Source: Podarcis erhardii
Taxonomy: Eukaryota
Assembly (NCBI GenBank): GCA_964252035.1
Contig: OZ176201.1
DNA length: 64,000 nt
Reading direction: 5' to 3' (one strand)
Positions 1 through 12,698 of this stretch are shown here, in pieces. The position numbers were made by a program, and so were the translations under genes. The notes beneath the pieces are model-generated. The model saw only the letters and a list, made by a program, of their open reading frames with translations, was not told the DNA's origin and searched no databases. Position 1 is the stretch's first letter; each line of letters opens with the position of its first letter.

Positions 1-296
1 GTGTTGCTAGATGCTGAAGGCACTAAACTTATTCCTGCTGCTTTGTGTTTGCCTAAACAGAAAGAGATGTCTTCCTTTCATTGTTTCGTGATAACTCTCT
101 TGTCTTGTTCCCCATTTTACCCTCCTGAAAAAAATGGCTTTCATTTTAGTCAACTTCTGTTAAGCTGCCAGCAGCAATCTTTTACTTCCTGTATTTTTGG
201 GTTAACCACCATAACAGACTGTCCCAGCTGCCAGGAACTCACTATAGAACACAATTTGAGGGTTTAAGAACTAACAATGCAGTCAAATACACCTCT

Positions 297-340
297 AAGG
301 TAAAAGGTAAAGGACCCCTGGACGGTTAAGCCCAGTCAAA
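297..340 (-). mobile_element. 3' terminal fragment of a Sauria SINE (5'-truncated)
   Basis: aaggtaaaaggtaaaggacccctggacggttaagcccagtcaaa is the reverse complement of the (ACCTTT)n tail and adjacent 3' body; tacacctct is repeated at 288-296 and 357-365. Confidence 0.7.
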
Positions 341-819
341 TTTGTCCACAGACAGCTACACCTCTACTCAGAAGTAAGCTTAGTAAGTTCAGTGGGGCTT
401 ACTCCCAGCTAAGTGTGTATAAGATTGCATCTTAGGGCTGCAACACTTGCCTGGAAGTACATCCCACTGACTTAGGCAGAATTTACCCCTGGGTGAACAT
501 GTATAGGAGTGGTCTACAGTTCACACTCTTTGGAAATATTACACAAAGGAGACAATGGAAAGTTGTTTAGGAGACTCAAAATCTCCTTTTACTCTCGAAA
601 GTCAGGAGACAAAGAGCTGTGGTGCCAGAAGATTAATTAGTTGCTTTACAAAATCCTGTCTGAAGGTTCCAGGAGAAAAGAACTTTTCATTCTGGACTGA
701 AACGTTGCTAAAAACCACAGACATCATTGAACAGAACAGAAAAGTGTTTTAGAAACAGCAATACACATCGCTTGGACTGGTGTGAGAACTAGAAAATGAA
801 AACACTCAACATGTCAGTT

Positions 820-944
820 ACAGATAGTTAGCAGTGTTGGTCTGCCATAGTCAAAACAAAACAAATTCCTTCCAGTAGCACCTTAAAGACCAACTAAGTC
901 AGTTCTTGGTATGAGCTTTCGTGTGCATGCACACTTCTTCAGAT
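820..944 (-). mobile_element. Penelope-like element terminal-repeat fragment with 18-bp target-site duplication
   Basis: Contains gtagcaccttaaagaccaactaag...ggtatgagctttcgtgtgcatgcacacttcttcagat, typical of reptile PLE ends; flanked by perfect direct repeat acactcaacatgtcagtt at 802-819 and 945-962. Confidence 0.8.
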
Positions 945-946
945 AC
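909..946 (-). ncRNA. Minimal type I hammerhead ribozyme motif
   Basis: Minus strand reads GUAU-CUGAAGA-A-GUGUGC AU GCACAC-GAAA-GCUC-AUAC: CUGAnGA and GAAA core boxes, 6-bp stem II, 4-bp stem I, palindromic AGCU stem III, predicted cleavage between 913 and 912. Confidence 0.75.
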
Positions 947-1933
947 ACTCAACATGTCAGTTCATGTCATGTACATTACTCCCTCCTTTTTCAAATGATT
1001 CCCCGTCGTAAGATCGCAGCAGAAAATAAAATGACATTGAAGACGTTGATCCATATGACAAAGTAAGTTCAAACAATCACTCCTTTTGTGTTTCCAGGCT
1101 AACTGCTCAAACCTAAACATACAAATAACCCACAGCTACTTTCATGCATGAAAATACAGTAAACGAGTCCAGAGAGCTCCTAAATTTTAGATGTTGTATA
1201 GCATATGAAAATATTATGCACAAAATATTGTTCATGTGAAGAATCACCCAGAAGCACGCTAAGAGTCCACATATGAATCTTTTACTTTGGTTTTACTTCT
1301 CCAAGCTTGCACAGTGATCAACTCCCAAAAAAGAAAAAAGAAGAAAAAGCATGCAAGAGCAAAGTTTCATAGACGAAGCGGCCCTAGGCACTGAAGGAAA
1401 CTAAAGACACAGAGAAATGTTCAAACCATCTTAACCACTGAAGAGGGAGAAACACATCTTTAATTTTTTTTTACAGAGCAGAATGACAAAGGAGATTCAC
1501 CATCTAAAAATGAACAGAGACCACCCTTCCATTTCCTACTGGGACAACTGCCTGCTCTCTCTGTAAGCATTCTCTACTTATTTGCAGTTTAGATTATTCT
1601 TTCCTAACACCACCAGGGCTGGCAGGGAGCAGAAAGTGGGGGTCGGCCACCGACAGAGTATCAAGACAACCATTGTGAGGACTTGAAAACGCAGGGGCAT
1701 CACAGCATGTGGACTTTGGGGAGATAATCAGAAAGGCCAGCTACTGTGAAGAAATAAGCAACTGAGGACTCCTATGCTAAATTTGGAAAAGCAAGTAGGA
1801 TAGGAAGGGGGGGGGAGAGAAGAGGAAGTCTTAGTGACAACGTATTTTACAGGAATTGCAGTGCTGATTCGAGGGCACAGCCCTTACAGTTCCTAGAGGG
1901 TGAGGAAACTGTATGTTCCACTGAGCCACGTTA

Positions 1934-2845
<912 letters not shown>

Positions 2846-3149
2846 TCAGCCCCAGCTCGGCTCGGGCGGGGAGGAGGAGGGGAATTCGGGCGGGCTTGTC
2901 GTCAGCGAGCCGAGGGAGGAGGAGGAGGAGGAGGGGCAGCGGCCCCGGACGCGCAGCAGTGTGGGGCTGGGGTGGAGAGAGGGAAGAGGCGCTGGGGCGC
3001 AACTCCGAGCGGCGTGGAGACGGAGGCGGAGGGAGACGGAGGGCGGCGCGCGCCTCTGCCCCGGACTGGGCGCGAGAAGGCAGCTTGCGAAGGAGCGGGC
3101 TGGGCGCGCAGTGGGGACGAAGCGGCTGCTGCGGGACCGCGCGCGCGGG

Positions 3150-3166
3150 TTTGGCGGGAACGGAAG
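3150..3166. promoter_or_regulatory. Candidate E2F site abutting an ETS site in the GNAI2 promoter
   Basis: TTTGGCGGGAA followed directly by CGGAAG; motif match only. Confidence 0.3.
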
Positions 3167-4539
3167 GAGCCGAAGCAGGGCCGGAGGCTTGTGCGTCAAG
3201 ACGCGCGTTCCGCGTTCTCTGAACGAGAATTGAGAGGAACGCGTGGCAGTATGCGCCGGAGCGGCTGCGAATTCGGGCAGCCTGGAACTGGGGGCTGCTG
3301 TAAAAGTCTGCCAACGGCCTGTTGAAACGGGGGGGGGGGGGGAGTACGCGGAAAGTATATAGAGATGCCACCGAAAGCAGCCTCCCCACATAGTCAGAGT
3401 CATCCCTTCCTGGTTTAAAACAACAAGAACAAGAACATTTATTGTGGGTGCGGATCTGCACCATCAATTTAGTCTTCTCAAGCTGGCACGCATGTGCTGG
3501 TGGTGTTGAGACTCAATTGATGTGGGAACAGAACAGGCAAGGAAGCTGTGCAGTAGGGAAGCCTTGTTGGCTGCACGTGCAGGGTGACTGCAATGTGTGC
3601 TCTGGCTTTTACTGTGTGGCATATGTGTACAGGAGTCCAGTGTGTCAAACCAGGGTGAGATATATATTCACCATGGAAATCTGCATCCCCGGGGTGAGTT
3701 TCCCAACCCACAGCCTTATCATGCGGTGTATTCTGCTAGCTGAGTTGTAACCATCAGGTAGTGAGTTTCGCAGCCTGCAAATGGCACCTCTGGCAGGATC
3801 GGGGGAAATCACATGGTGAGTTGTAATGAACAATTGGTTCAGAAATGGTTGTAGTTCTGCAAGAGGATGGCAATCCCCATGGCAAATATAGCATCTAAAC
3901 ATACTTCTGACAGCCTTCTAGAAATCTAGGGAACTAGGAAGATGGGTAAAAATTCACCACATGGCCATACATCCTAGGCTTCTGTCATGCCATGTTTTCA
4001 TGTGCACTGCATCATGTTTACAAGCAGCAACCATGTGACCACCCAGTGTACAGGCTAGACTGCAGGAACGTAACTTAGGCAAGACTCTCAGCCCAGGCAC
4101 TGCTGTGATCTGTGGAAAAATCTACAAGAGGCAAGAAAGGATAAAGGCTACGGGAGGATGGAAAGATGGTCAAAATAACTTACTGAAACAAACTTCTATA
4201 ATATTAGTGGTCTGGAAATATATAATCAGCTTTGTATATCTCTAACCCCTCTGCTAATAATGCTGTCTCACACAAACTTTTTAATCCATTGGAGATGCCC
4301 TGCTCATATTCTCAGCAGTAAAGGAAGTAAGAACTAATGTGGACAGCAGCAAGGCCTTTTCAGCAGTCGCTCAGCCTAGCCCACTGGGCAAGGTCATTGT
4401 GAGCTCTGAGCTCTTTGAAAGAAGGTTGGGATATACATTTAGTACATAAATATAAAACCTACTCTTTGTTGAGGCATTTATACACAACTTGTCTTTGGTC
4501 TTAGGACAGCAAAGTGAGACATCCCCCCCCCACACACAC

Positions 4540-4750
4540 ACAAATGTTTCACAGCCTTTGAAAGCGTTGGCATAGGTTGCTGTGATTTTATGCTCTGGTT
4601 GTTACTTTGTTTTATGACTGCTGTAATTTTATTATGATTGTGCTTTATTGCCTTCCAGTGACGAATATTACGTTACTTCATTGGTCTTACGTTGTAAGCT
4701 ATCCTGAGCCTAAAGGGATACGATAGGGTATTAAATTTTTAAAGAAAAGC
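4540..4750 (+). mobile_element. Old L2-type LINE 3' tail
   Basis: T-rich 3' UTR ending ttgtaagctatcctgagcc...gatagggtattaaattttt, the usual L2 terminal pattern. Confidence 0.45.
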
Positions 4751-5944
4751 AATAAGGCAGAAGGCCTGAACTATGGCTGGTCTTGCACTGTGCTGGTCAA
4801 ATCAAGAACTTGGAAGGAATAGATGGAGAAGGGGAAAAGAGCCAGACATGTGTTTGTAAAAAACAAATCAAAAACCCTTTTACTATTAATAAATTGCTAG
4901 TGTCATACATGACACTTTGGATGGCGACATACGCAGTCCCTGCCCTTACAATCTAATTTCATACTTTAAAAAGACAAAAATGGGGAGAGAAATGTAAATA
5001 GAAGAAGAATTCTCAATGGATCTTTTGCACTTAAGTATTCAGGGTTGGATCCAGAGAAGTATAAGGGAAACTCTGCTTGTATAAAGGGGCCTCGCTGGAT
5101 GTCTCCTTCCTACTGCAGCATTCTGTGACGCTGCCCCAAGTTGCTCCTGATAATACCCTCTGGGATAGCATGGAATTGAAGTACAGGGAACTGAAGAAGG
5201 ATGGGAATTGGCTGCCTTGAGTAAGTGAAAGTTATTTTTCACTTGTGTAAGATACCTCTGGATCTAGCCTTCCATATTTAAAATCATCAAGTTTAGAGGG
5301 TATTCAAGGTTTACATTTCCTGCCTGGAAGTCAGAAGTCCAATTGATGCCCCACTGAAATTCTGTTTTTGGCCTTTTGTTGTTGTGGTGGTGGTTTTAGG
5401 GTCTCCCAAGAGTAAACATCTACCAACTATTAGATGGAATGCATTTACTTTTTTTTAGCACATTTGCTCAGAATTGGTTTGGGCAATAAGTCGATGGAGC
5501 AATGACCCCACACAGACCTCAACTTTACTGTTTTCTTCAGTGTCCTTGGCTTCCTTAAAAGATGAAGAGGGAAGAGGAAAGTGCAAGTGCCTTGTTCATG
5601 CGCCTCTTTGTGATGTCAGAGGCAGAACTTTTGCATCCTCGCTCTCACCCTGTGGCTGGTGAGGTGCAAAATTTCCAAATGTGGGTACAAATGAAGATGT
5701 AAAAGTTCTGCTTTAGATGTCAAGGAAATAGGAAGTATGAAATTGTCTGGAATTTTGGAGTATAGGAGCTTTTCTTCTAATAGTCCATCAAAAACTGACA
5801 AAGCCATTGTTCATTTTATTGATGTTACAAAAGAAACTAAATAAAACCTTATTTATTTATTTTTTATTTATTTAAAAAAGACAAAGCTGGTGATTCCTTG
5901 ATTGAGTGCCTATATCCACTGTCAGAGACAGTATGCTCCTAAAT

Positions 5945-6085
5945 GCCAATCGCTGGGAATCGCAAGTGGGAGAGTGCTGTGTGCTCATTTCCTGTTTTCG
6001 GACTTCTGGTGGGCCACTGTGAGAACAAGATGCTGGACTAGGTGGACCACTGTCATGATGCAGCAGGCTCTTCTTAGGTCCTTAT
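5945..6085 (+). mobile_element. CR1 LINE 3' end
   Basis: tgggccactgtgagaacaagatgctggactaggtggacc...cagcaggctcttcttaggtcctta resembles the squamate CR1 3' terminus. Confidence 0.7.
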
Positions 6086-6229
6086 ACATCATAATAGGCT
6101 AAAAGACAATTAAAAAATGAAACTGAATCCAAATACTAGAGAGGTATTGTGGTTGGCATCTTGAACAGCTATGTCAACAGTGATTTTAGAAAGGGTTGCA
6201 CTCCCTGCACCCAAAATGAGATTTGCAGC

Positions 6230-6590
6230 CTGGACTCAGCTTTGCTGATTCCCAGACAGCCACTGTGCCCAGAAGTACTTTATTCTGGCTTCAGCTCATG
6301 AATCTGGCTGGGACCTGTTTTCTCCAAAATGGATTTAACCACTGACATTCATACCCTGATAACCTGTTTCAGCAACTGTTTAGATTACCACAATGTGCTT
6401 TTTGTGGAGCAACTATTCAAGGTGGCCCAGAAACTACCCAAAATATAGCTCTTCAGCTTCTGATGGATTCAAGGCTCAGAGAACCCATGACAATGATTTT
6501 GGTTCAGCGGCAGCAACAGATGCTGATAAAATTTCTGAGCCGAATTCAGAGTTCTCATTGAAGCTCTAAATGACCTGGGCCCTAGCCTAC
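6230..6590 (+). mobile_element. Degenerate L2 ORF2 C-terminal fragment
   Basis: Broken translation IHTLIT..LDYHNVLFV..KVAQKL..KALNDLGP resembles L2 IHALVTSRLDYCNALY..KALNGLGP. Confidence 0.6.
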
Positions 6591-7864
6591 GGTACAAAAG
6601 TAAAATTTGCATGTCCACTTTTGACTCTGGCCCCACCTACCACTGTCACATGTGGCCCACACCTAGAGGGGAATGTGTGGATTGAAAAGGGTCCCCCACC
6701 CTTGGCTTATACATCTGTAACTGGCTAAAAAAAAAACAACCATTGGGCTCATGCTTAGCAATTTTAATTTCATACAACTGCATGCCTGACAATTCAAGCA
6801 TGCTTTCCTCTATTTACATGCATCACTGCGCTGACAGACGTATACCAGATCTTTCTCTGGCTTGATTGGTGGAAAAGAAGGTCAGTGCTTATAGTACCAG
6901 TGTTTGCAGCTGCCCAGACCAGCTCAAGCTAGCCTCAAGTGTGGGAGTGTGTTGCTCACGAGGCACAAGCCCAAGCCTCGCTCTCAATAATAATAAAAAG
7001 CTGTTTATTCATTGCAGCTGCAAGGAATGCCAACAGTGGCCACAAAACTAAATACTGTGATTCCTCAAGCCAAGTCGGTATTTGAGTACTAGGCTGCTTT
7101 TTTTCCTGGGAAGAATCGCTTATTGGAAGTTTTCATCACTAATGCTAAATATTTTGTTAGTGATTCAAAACTGCTGCAGATAGATTGCCCAAAAGTTTGC
7201 TCACATTCAACAGGTAAGAATCGCCCAGAGACGAAGGTGATTGCCCCTATTTTGTGGGAGGGATTCAAGTGCAGAGCTGAAATTTTGGTTTGTGCAATCA
7301 AAGTGGATTAAAGTGTTCTGCTACCCAACCACAACAAAACCATTTGAAACACACACACACAAAAAAAACCCCTGACCTTTTCTGTTTAGGAAAGTGATGG
7401 GGAAATGCATCAGAAAGTGGGTGAATGAATGGTTAATGGGAATACATGTAAACTCCCCACAAGCAAATTGGGCCCATGTGGTTAGGCTATTGTGGTGGAG
7501 GAACAGTTACAGCCAGTTGATGCTAGGAGAAAGCACTCATAGTTACAGAGGTCACTTGGGCCTCTAGTGACAGAGATGGGTCAAGAAATACCCCCAGACT
7601 GCAGAATTGCTCCTTCAGAGGGAGGGCAACAACATCCAAATGGAAGATTGACTTATCACCCACAAGGCCTCTATTTTACCAGGAATCAAGCTCAATTTAT
7701 TGTCCGGTGTTTGCGCTGACTAAGTTGTAAAGGAGAAACAGCAGTACTGATAATATTTTACTCCCAAATTCTCAATGGGTTCATATAGATGCTGAACAGC
7801 ATTGGGGAGCATTATGCTCCCTATACTGGGGGGAGGGGTGAAGAACACTAGAACAGAACCACCA

Positions 7865-8330
7865 CCCATTCCACAGAATCAATCCAGAAGGATACCATGG
7901 TTAATGGTACCAAAAGCTGCTGAGAGATCAAGCAGAAGGAGTAGGGTTATGCTCCCCTTGTCAACAGGGTGACCAAGACTGATTCAGTCCCAAACACAGT
8001 CTTGAACCCAGACTGGCATGGATCCAGTCTCATCCAGGAATGTCCGGTGGTTCTGCCACAGCTCTCTCTGTCACCTTCCCAGAAAGGGAGTATTTGCAAC
8101 CCACTGGGTCCAGGGCTCCTTTCTTCAGTTGTGGCTGCACCACTGCCTCCTTTAAGGTGGCAGGCACCACCACCTCACTCAAATAAATCTTCACCATGCC
8201 CTGGACACACCCATTCAACACCCCACAGCCAAGTTCACCATCCATGGTGGGCGGGAATCAAGAGGGCAAGTAGTTGGCAGCGTCTGTGCAAGGGACCTGC
8301 CCATGTCCTGTTTGCGTATTGTTTATAAGT
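7865..8330 (-). mobile_element. Degenerate L2 reverse-transcriptase fragment
   Basis: Minus-strand pieces VVPATLKEAVVQPQLKK, GKVTERAV, LDPCQSGFK..GTESVL, LLLLDLSAAFGTINHGILL are L2 RT motifs with indels and stops. Confidence 0.85.
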
Positions 8331-10077
8331 ATTAATAAGACAAGTAGTTTGTAAATTGGGGGTTTTAGATAAGCACTCTGATTCCTAACACTTTGAATGG
8401 AATGATTGCAACTGTTTAATGTGTCTTGGTTTTGCAGAAAAGGTGTCAAACTGTTGGATTTACTTATTTCTTTTTAAAGCATTTCCCCTCTATACTGCAT
8501 TTTAGAATTTTCCCTACTGTTCCTTCCTAATTTAACAGTCACCTAGTTTGTCACCATGCAGGACAAACTAAAGGAGATTGATACAGGGCCATTGGCAATA
8601 GCTCGTTATACAGTGACACAGCTGTCAGATAAAATGAAATTGAGCTGGTAGAAAGAGTGTGATTCCGTAATAGAACCATGTGCAATCCTTCATAAAAATA
8701 TAGCTGGAGGGTAGACTATAGTTCCATGCACTTACATAAGGGCTAGGAATAGCATAACAGCCATACACCAAGATGCCCCAGGAGATTTTCCTTCTAATTA
8801 CCAGCTCCATGAAATTATTGTGATCAGTAGATTAGCCGCCTCTGTGTAAGAGCCTGATTAACCAAATGCAAGGTATGTCTATCAACTTTGGAATGAATCT
8901 ATGAATCTATGAATTTGGAATGAATCTATGAATCTATAATGAATTTTAACACTGCATCAGAATCTATCCTCTAATCTTCCTGATGCATTGTTGAAATGGT
9001 TGTGCTGCTACCTGTACAGTTTTTTGTTGTTTGCTTCCCTTCCAGCCCAGACACAGCTGCTAGCTTTGGGAGCTGTATCAGAAGTGAGGAACTGGGACCT
9101 TAAACATTTGAATCTGCATTGCTTGCAGATTTGTTCCACCTCTGCACAAAACTAGCAATTTCATAACAGATCTAAAGCTCTATGGATGCTCTGCTACCCA
9201 AGGTACATGCAGACTCTTCTACCAGGAAGGCCCCATGCCAATTTCCCAAAAGGAAGAGCACTAGTGTATGTGAGCTTCTGTTGGCTTTTGGATTTACTTG
9301 GAGCATAAACAAGTGTGGCCCTTGTATGAAGGATAGAAGGTGGGAAAATTGTGTTCTGAAAGGGTCACTTCACACATGCAAAACAGAAGCTTGGTAGATG
9401 CTTTGAATAACCCAACTTTGCAGAGGCTGCTCCATACAGCCTGTTGTTTCCGTGAAACCACTTTTTGTGGAATTCTGACAATATTCTTTTCTCCTGTCGG
9501 AGGAAGGGCAGGATATACATGAATAAAGCAAAAATATTCATTGCATCTCTACAACCCCTCTATTTTGAAGTTTTCAATACTGTATTACCACTGCTGCCTG
9601 TCAAGCTGTTTCAGATAAAGTCATGCTGTGATGACAAGCCTTCACACTGTTGTGTTACATCACGGTTTCTATGTGTGAACTGAGCCTCAGGCCATGAGAA
9701 AAAGGAGGAAGGAACAGAAACTGATGTTTGTTTTAATTTCAGACTAATTATGGTTAGTTTGTTGCTGGGATTTGGTTGCCACATTTGGGAGATCAACTTT
9801 TTTTTGTTCCTAATTCAGCACCCTCTGCCAAGTTCCCAGTATGCATCTGTCAAGGAAATAAAACCAGCTCCTGCTCCTATTGGATTTATTTTGCACTCTT
9901 GCACATTATCTGCTTTTCTGTAGGTCCCTAAATGCCAGTCTGATATGCAGCAAGGTTGGGGACTCCAGATGGCCAGTATTTTGTGGGAAGGATTCAAGCA
10001 GATACCTTAAATTTAGGTTTGGGAAATTAGTAGATTGAAGCCCTCTGCCCCCCCCCCCCAAGTACAACATATCCACT

Positions 10078-10222
10078 CATGGGCATAGCCAAGGTGAGGG
10101 TGCAGGGAGGGGCATTTGCCCCCAAAATCAATAAAAATCAATAAAAATACATAGCTAACTGAAGTTCTGCCCCCCTTAACAAGAGGCCTGCCCCCCCAAC
10201 AAAACTCCTGGCTACGCGCATG
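10078..10222. mobile_element. hAT-type MITE with 8-bp TSD
   Basis: TIRs CATGGGCATAGCCAAG / CCTGGCTACGCGCATG; perfect TSD TATCCACT at 10070-10077 and 10223-10230. Confidence 0.85.
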
Positions 10223-11008
10223 TATCCACTTCTTCTATTTAAAAAATCCCTGACTTTTTCTGGTTAGGAAAGTGAAGAGGAAACTGATAAGTGTAGGATG
10301 AAGAAATGCTTAACAGGAAGATATATATGAATTCTGTACGACTAAATAAAGATGAATGTTCTTTGTGGATGAACGTTCCCCACAAAGAAATCAGAAGTTG
10401 ATGGACGGTAAGCTTGAATGAAAATACATGTTTTTTGCCATGAAGCACGCTCAGCTAAGTTACCAGGAGAGGTCAAACTCCTTTTCTAAAAGCTGCAGAT
10501 ATCTTAAAGGACCTGAAACAACACAGTCTGCAGACAAATCTGTTCCTGCCCTCTGCTGCATCCTTACTAAGTTCAGCCACTGCCTTTTGAAGCCCTTTGG
10601 AAATGGTCTGCTTGGACAGAGGCATGCTTCACAGATATCTGGCTTTTGGAACAGGAGCACAGTGTACGTTGGGGTGACAATCCCAATCACTAAATGGGTC
10701 TATCCAAGATGTAGCTGGTCTGGGTGAGCAAGTGCAATTAGTTCTAGGCATAGTTAGACCACTCAAAAGAGGTTTTACAGCATTTCCCTTGAATCCAAGT
10801 AGCAAGGCAAGAAGGAAGCCAAAATTCAACTCTGTTTATAATAGCTCCAGACAGCAGCAGACCTTTGCCGCTAAACATTTATGCAACGCAAACGCATGTC
10901 AAGAAACAGGTTGTGACCAGCTGTCTGTTGTAACAGAGGTATAGGTCACAGCTGTTTCCCTTGCTTGGAGCCACTCATAATTCTCTGTAAGACAAAGCAC
11001 AAAGCCAG

Positions 11009-11027
11009 GGCCACCATCTAGTGCAGG
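11009..11027 (-). promoter_or_regulatory. Candidate CTCF site
   Basis: Minus strand GCACTAGATGGTGGC is close to consensus CCACYAGRKGGCR; motif only. Confidence 0.3.
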
Positions 11028-11280
11028 GGGAGGTAGCGTTAATTCCAGCAATTACACAGGCCGCTAGTCACAGATGAGACCGTTGATCCCTGACTCAAAA
11101 CTCGGAGAGGAGGACAGTAAAGGGGAGTATGGAAGAAGAGTCTTGGGAAAGAGCGAAATGAGTGGGAAACGTGACATTTTAAAGACTGAAGCTTTCAAAT
11201 TTGCAAGTGACTGGGGAATATAATAAGAGATCCTGCTTGTTTGGATTTAAGAACTGTGATGCATAGGTAGCCTGATGAAA

Positions 11281-11412
11281 TAGGGTTGCCATATTTCAAA
11301 CAGTGAAAATCCGGACAGAAAAATTGTTGAGTGTTTGTTGTTTTCTCTTTACCGCTTCCAACTGCAGTATTCCGGATATGTCTGGGAAATTACGGACGTA
11401 CGGCAAGGCATA
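11281..11412. mobile_element. Degenerate hAT MITE (TAGGGTTGCCA-type TIR)
   Basis: Starts tagggttgccatatttc..aatccggaca and ends with decayed inverse ..ggacgtacggcaaggcata; no TSD recognisable. Confidence 0.55.
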
Positions 11413-12467
11413 TCACCCGGGCCACTGGCTAAGGTGGTGCTCTCCTCTTCTACATGCAAAAGCTGACTTGATTGGCAGCTCAATCTTACTGCAACACTGG
11501 CCACAGGATAGTGTCCTCCAGCACACCTGAGGGCAGCAGGCTAGTTTCGCAGGTGCAGGTGCATGGTGCACACAGCGCTACCTTCCAATAGCTCCGGGCT
11601 CCAGGGACAGCAGCTGCTGCCCACCCCCCATCATCTAGCTGCTGTCATATCACTCTGCCTACTACTAGGGGTGGCTTGGGGATGCTTGCTGCCTTAGCAG
11701 CGGAAGCAGCATCTGCAGCTGTGCTCCCCTCAACTCAGCAGCGTTTCCTGAAGTCATCATATAGCAGGACTGCCAAACACAAGATGTTCAGAAGCAGAGC
11801 AGCATTTGAATAAAGAGAAAATAGACTTGCACATCTATATAAGTTTGAGAGCCATGAACCTCTCTTGATACACACCCCTCCTCAGTTATAGAAATTGAAG
11901 TCTCTCAGAAAAGGAAGCCGGAGAACATTTTTTATTCTAGAGACTTCTGTGGCAATTTCTACGTGATGAGTTTGTGTTTGCACAAACTGGTTGCTGTAGG
12001 AGAGCTTCCTAGAGAATCTGTTATTCCAGTACAAAACTCTTACTTACTTTAAGTTGGTTGAACCCTGATGTGGAATCTGGGCCTCTCACAGTTATTGTGT
12101 GGGTTTCTAAAAGAATTCTGTCTATATTACTCCCTGACAGGGCTCTTAATGCAGATCTGAAGCACTGCTTCTCTTACGCTGGGCAGGAAGCTTGGTTGTA
12201 CTTGTGGACAGCGCATTTTTACTGTGCCTGAAATGCAACACATATATCATTTAAAATTCATGTATTAAAATGGGAAGGACTATCTGCTATTAGAACAAAG
12301 TTGGAAGATCTCTAACTGAATATTGTTTCAGAAGAGGAGAATCTCATCCCTAGTGGCTGTGCTGGCTGGGACTGAGGGGAACTGGCATCCAATGAGACCT
12401 GGTCAGACTGTGGTTTTTCCCATTCGGTTTTAAGATCTCCCAGTGGACTCTTCTGAAGGTACCGATG

Positions 12468-12698
12468 CAGTGGTACCTTGGGTTAAGAACTTAATTCATT
12501 CTGGAGGTCCATTCTTAACCTTAAACTGTTCTTCACCTAAGGTACCACTTTAGCTAATGGGGCCTCCCACCACCGTCACGCAATTTCTGTTTTCATCCTG
12601 AAGCAAAGTTCTTAACCCGAGGTACTATTTCTGGGTTAGCGGAGTCTATAACCTGAAGCGTCTGTAACCTGAAGCGTTTGTAACCTGAGGTACCACTG
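12468..12698. mobile_element. Tc1/mariner (Tigger-like) MITE
   Basis: TIRs CAGTGGTACCTTGGGTTA / TAACCTGAGGTACCACTG; internal gtaacctgaagcgt repeats; TA TSDs mutated. Confidence 0.85.

Noticed and set aside
8888-8945. 27-bp tandem duplication built from ATGAATCT units
   Set aside because: Simple slippage repeat; no unique spacers, so not CRISPR-like, and not clearly a CR1 tail.
10460-10690. Short minus-strand frames with a CxxC-like FVCRLCCFRS stretch
   Set aside because: About 50 codons, no His ligands, no recognisable parent gene.
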